NCBI RefSeq assembly: GCF_963921235.1 | Contig: NC_086108.1 | Span: 77,998,001 to 78,062,000, forward strand | Length of the DNA: 64,000 nt | Source of the DNA: Mobula hypostoma | Taxonomy: Eukaryota | Direction: 5' to 3' | Part shown: one piece after another, positions 63,115 through 64,000 of the stretch | Numbering within the stretch: the stretch's first letter is position 1 | Layout: every line of letters begins with the position of its first letter | Translations under genes and position numbers: made by a program | Notes under the pieces: model-generated | The model's input: the letters and a program-made list of their open reading frames with translations, nothing else | The model's database searches: none | Told to the model about the DNA's origin: nothing

Positions 63115-63356
63115 TTCAATAAGGTCAAACTCAGGTCAGTGGGACTTCAGGGAAAACGGCCCTACCCTCCATCAACAGTTGAGAAGCACAAGTATTGATT
63201 ACTGAATGCAAAACATTCAATTCCATTTGTAACTCTTTAGTAAATAAAGCTGCCGTCACCGTACACAAGATTCAGATAACATTCAGGCAAGAGATAAAAG
63301 CAGCTAACATTTTGTAAGAGATAATGATCTTACATAACAAGCTTATGTAAGAGCTT

Positions 63357-63640
63357 ATGGTTGGGCACAGGAGTACATTCAGCCAGAGACTCATTCCACT
63401 GAGATGCAACACAGAGCGTCATAGGAAGTCATTCCTGCCTGTGGCCATCAAACTTTACAACTCCTCCCTTGGAGGATCAGACACCCTGAGCCAATGGGCT
63501 GGTCCTGGACTTACTTCCTGGCATAATTTACATATTACTATTTAACTATATATGGTGTATTACTATTTATTATTTATGGTGCAACTGTAACGAAAACCAA
63601 TTTCCCCCGGGATCAATAAAGTATGACTATGACTATGACT
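63357..63640 (+). mobile_element. Young Rex1/Babar-type LINE 3' end
   Basis: RKSFLPVAIKLYN; AATAAA then (TATGAC)n tail; near-identical to the 29 kb copy. Confidence 0.85.
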
Positions 63641-64000
63641 ACCACTTAACCTTAATATTCAGTGACATTATTACCACCAACATGAGAGAATCAGAATATT
63701 AACTGAACCAACCACATAAGCACTCTCCTAAGGAGCAGATCAGAATCTGACAATGATGGGCTAACTCCTCTAAAAACTTACCACCGTCAATTTATGTGAG
63801 GAGTGCAATTGTCTACTCTGCAGCAAAATGAATTGGATCCAGACTCGATGAGCCCATGGCAAGATCAGCCTTGATCTTATTGAATGGTGGAGCAGGCTCG
63901 ATGGGCCAAATGGCCTACTCGTGCTCCTATTTCTTATGTTCTTGTGTTCCTATCCTCACCAGTTCGGTACAAAACAGCTTGCTTGATCGGTATCCTACTC

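Overview
Repeat-rich vertebrate genomic DNA, probably from a cartilaginous fish (inferred from the mix of CR1 LINEs, V-SINE/HE1-like SINEs, Rex1/Babar LINEs and hammerhead-bearing Penelope elements). A CpG-rich promoter-like region at about 2.35-3.9 kb has plausible 5' exons on the + strand; I cannot name the gene, and the rest looks intronic or intergenic. Main features: (1) a very young Gmr1-like Gypsy LTR element (30244-35169; 880-bp LTRs identical by eye, CCCC TSD, tRNA-Pro-like PBS, PPT). Its single 964-aa ORF keeps Gag and protease but only decayed, in-frame remnants of integrase and RT. A solo LTR of the same family lies 8 kb downstream. (2) A Penelope-like family carrying minimal hammerhead ribozyme motifs, with several fold-back insertions whose turning points fall at the ribozyme. 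(3) An intronless, frameshifted IK (protein Red) retrocopy. (4) A near full-length CR1, nested hAT elements (one with a 6-bp TSD), Tigger and mariner MITEs, and a 240-bp local duplication of apparently non-repeat sequence. All comparisons were made by eye; no searches were run.
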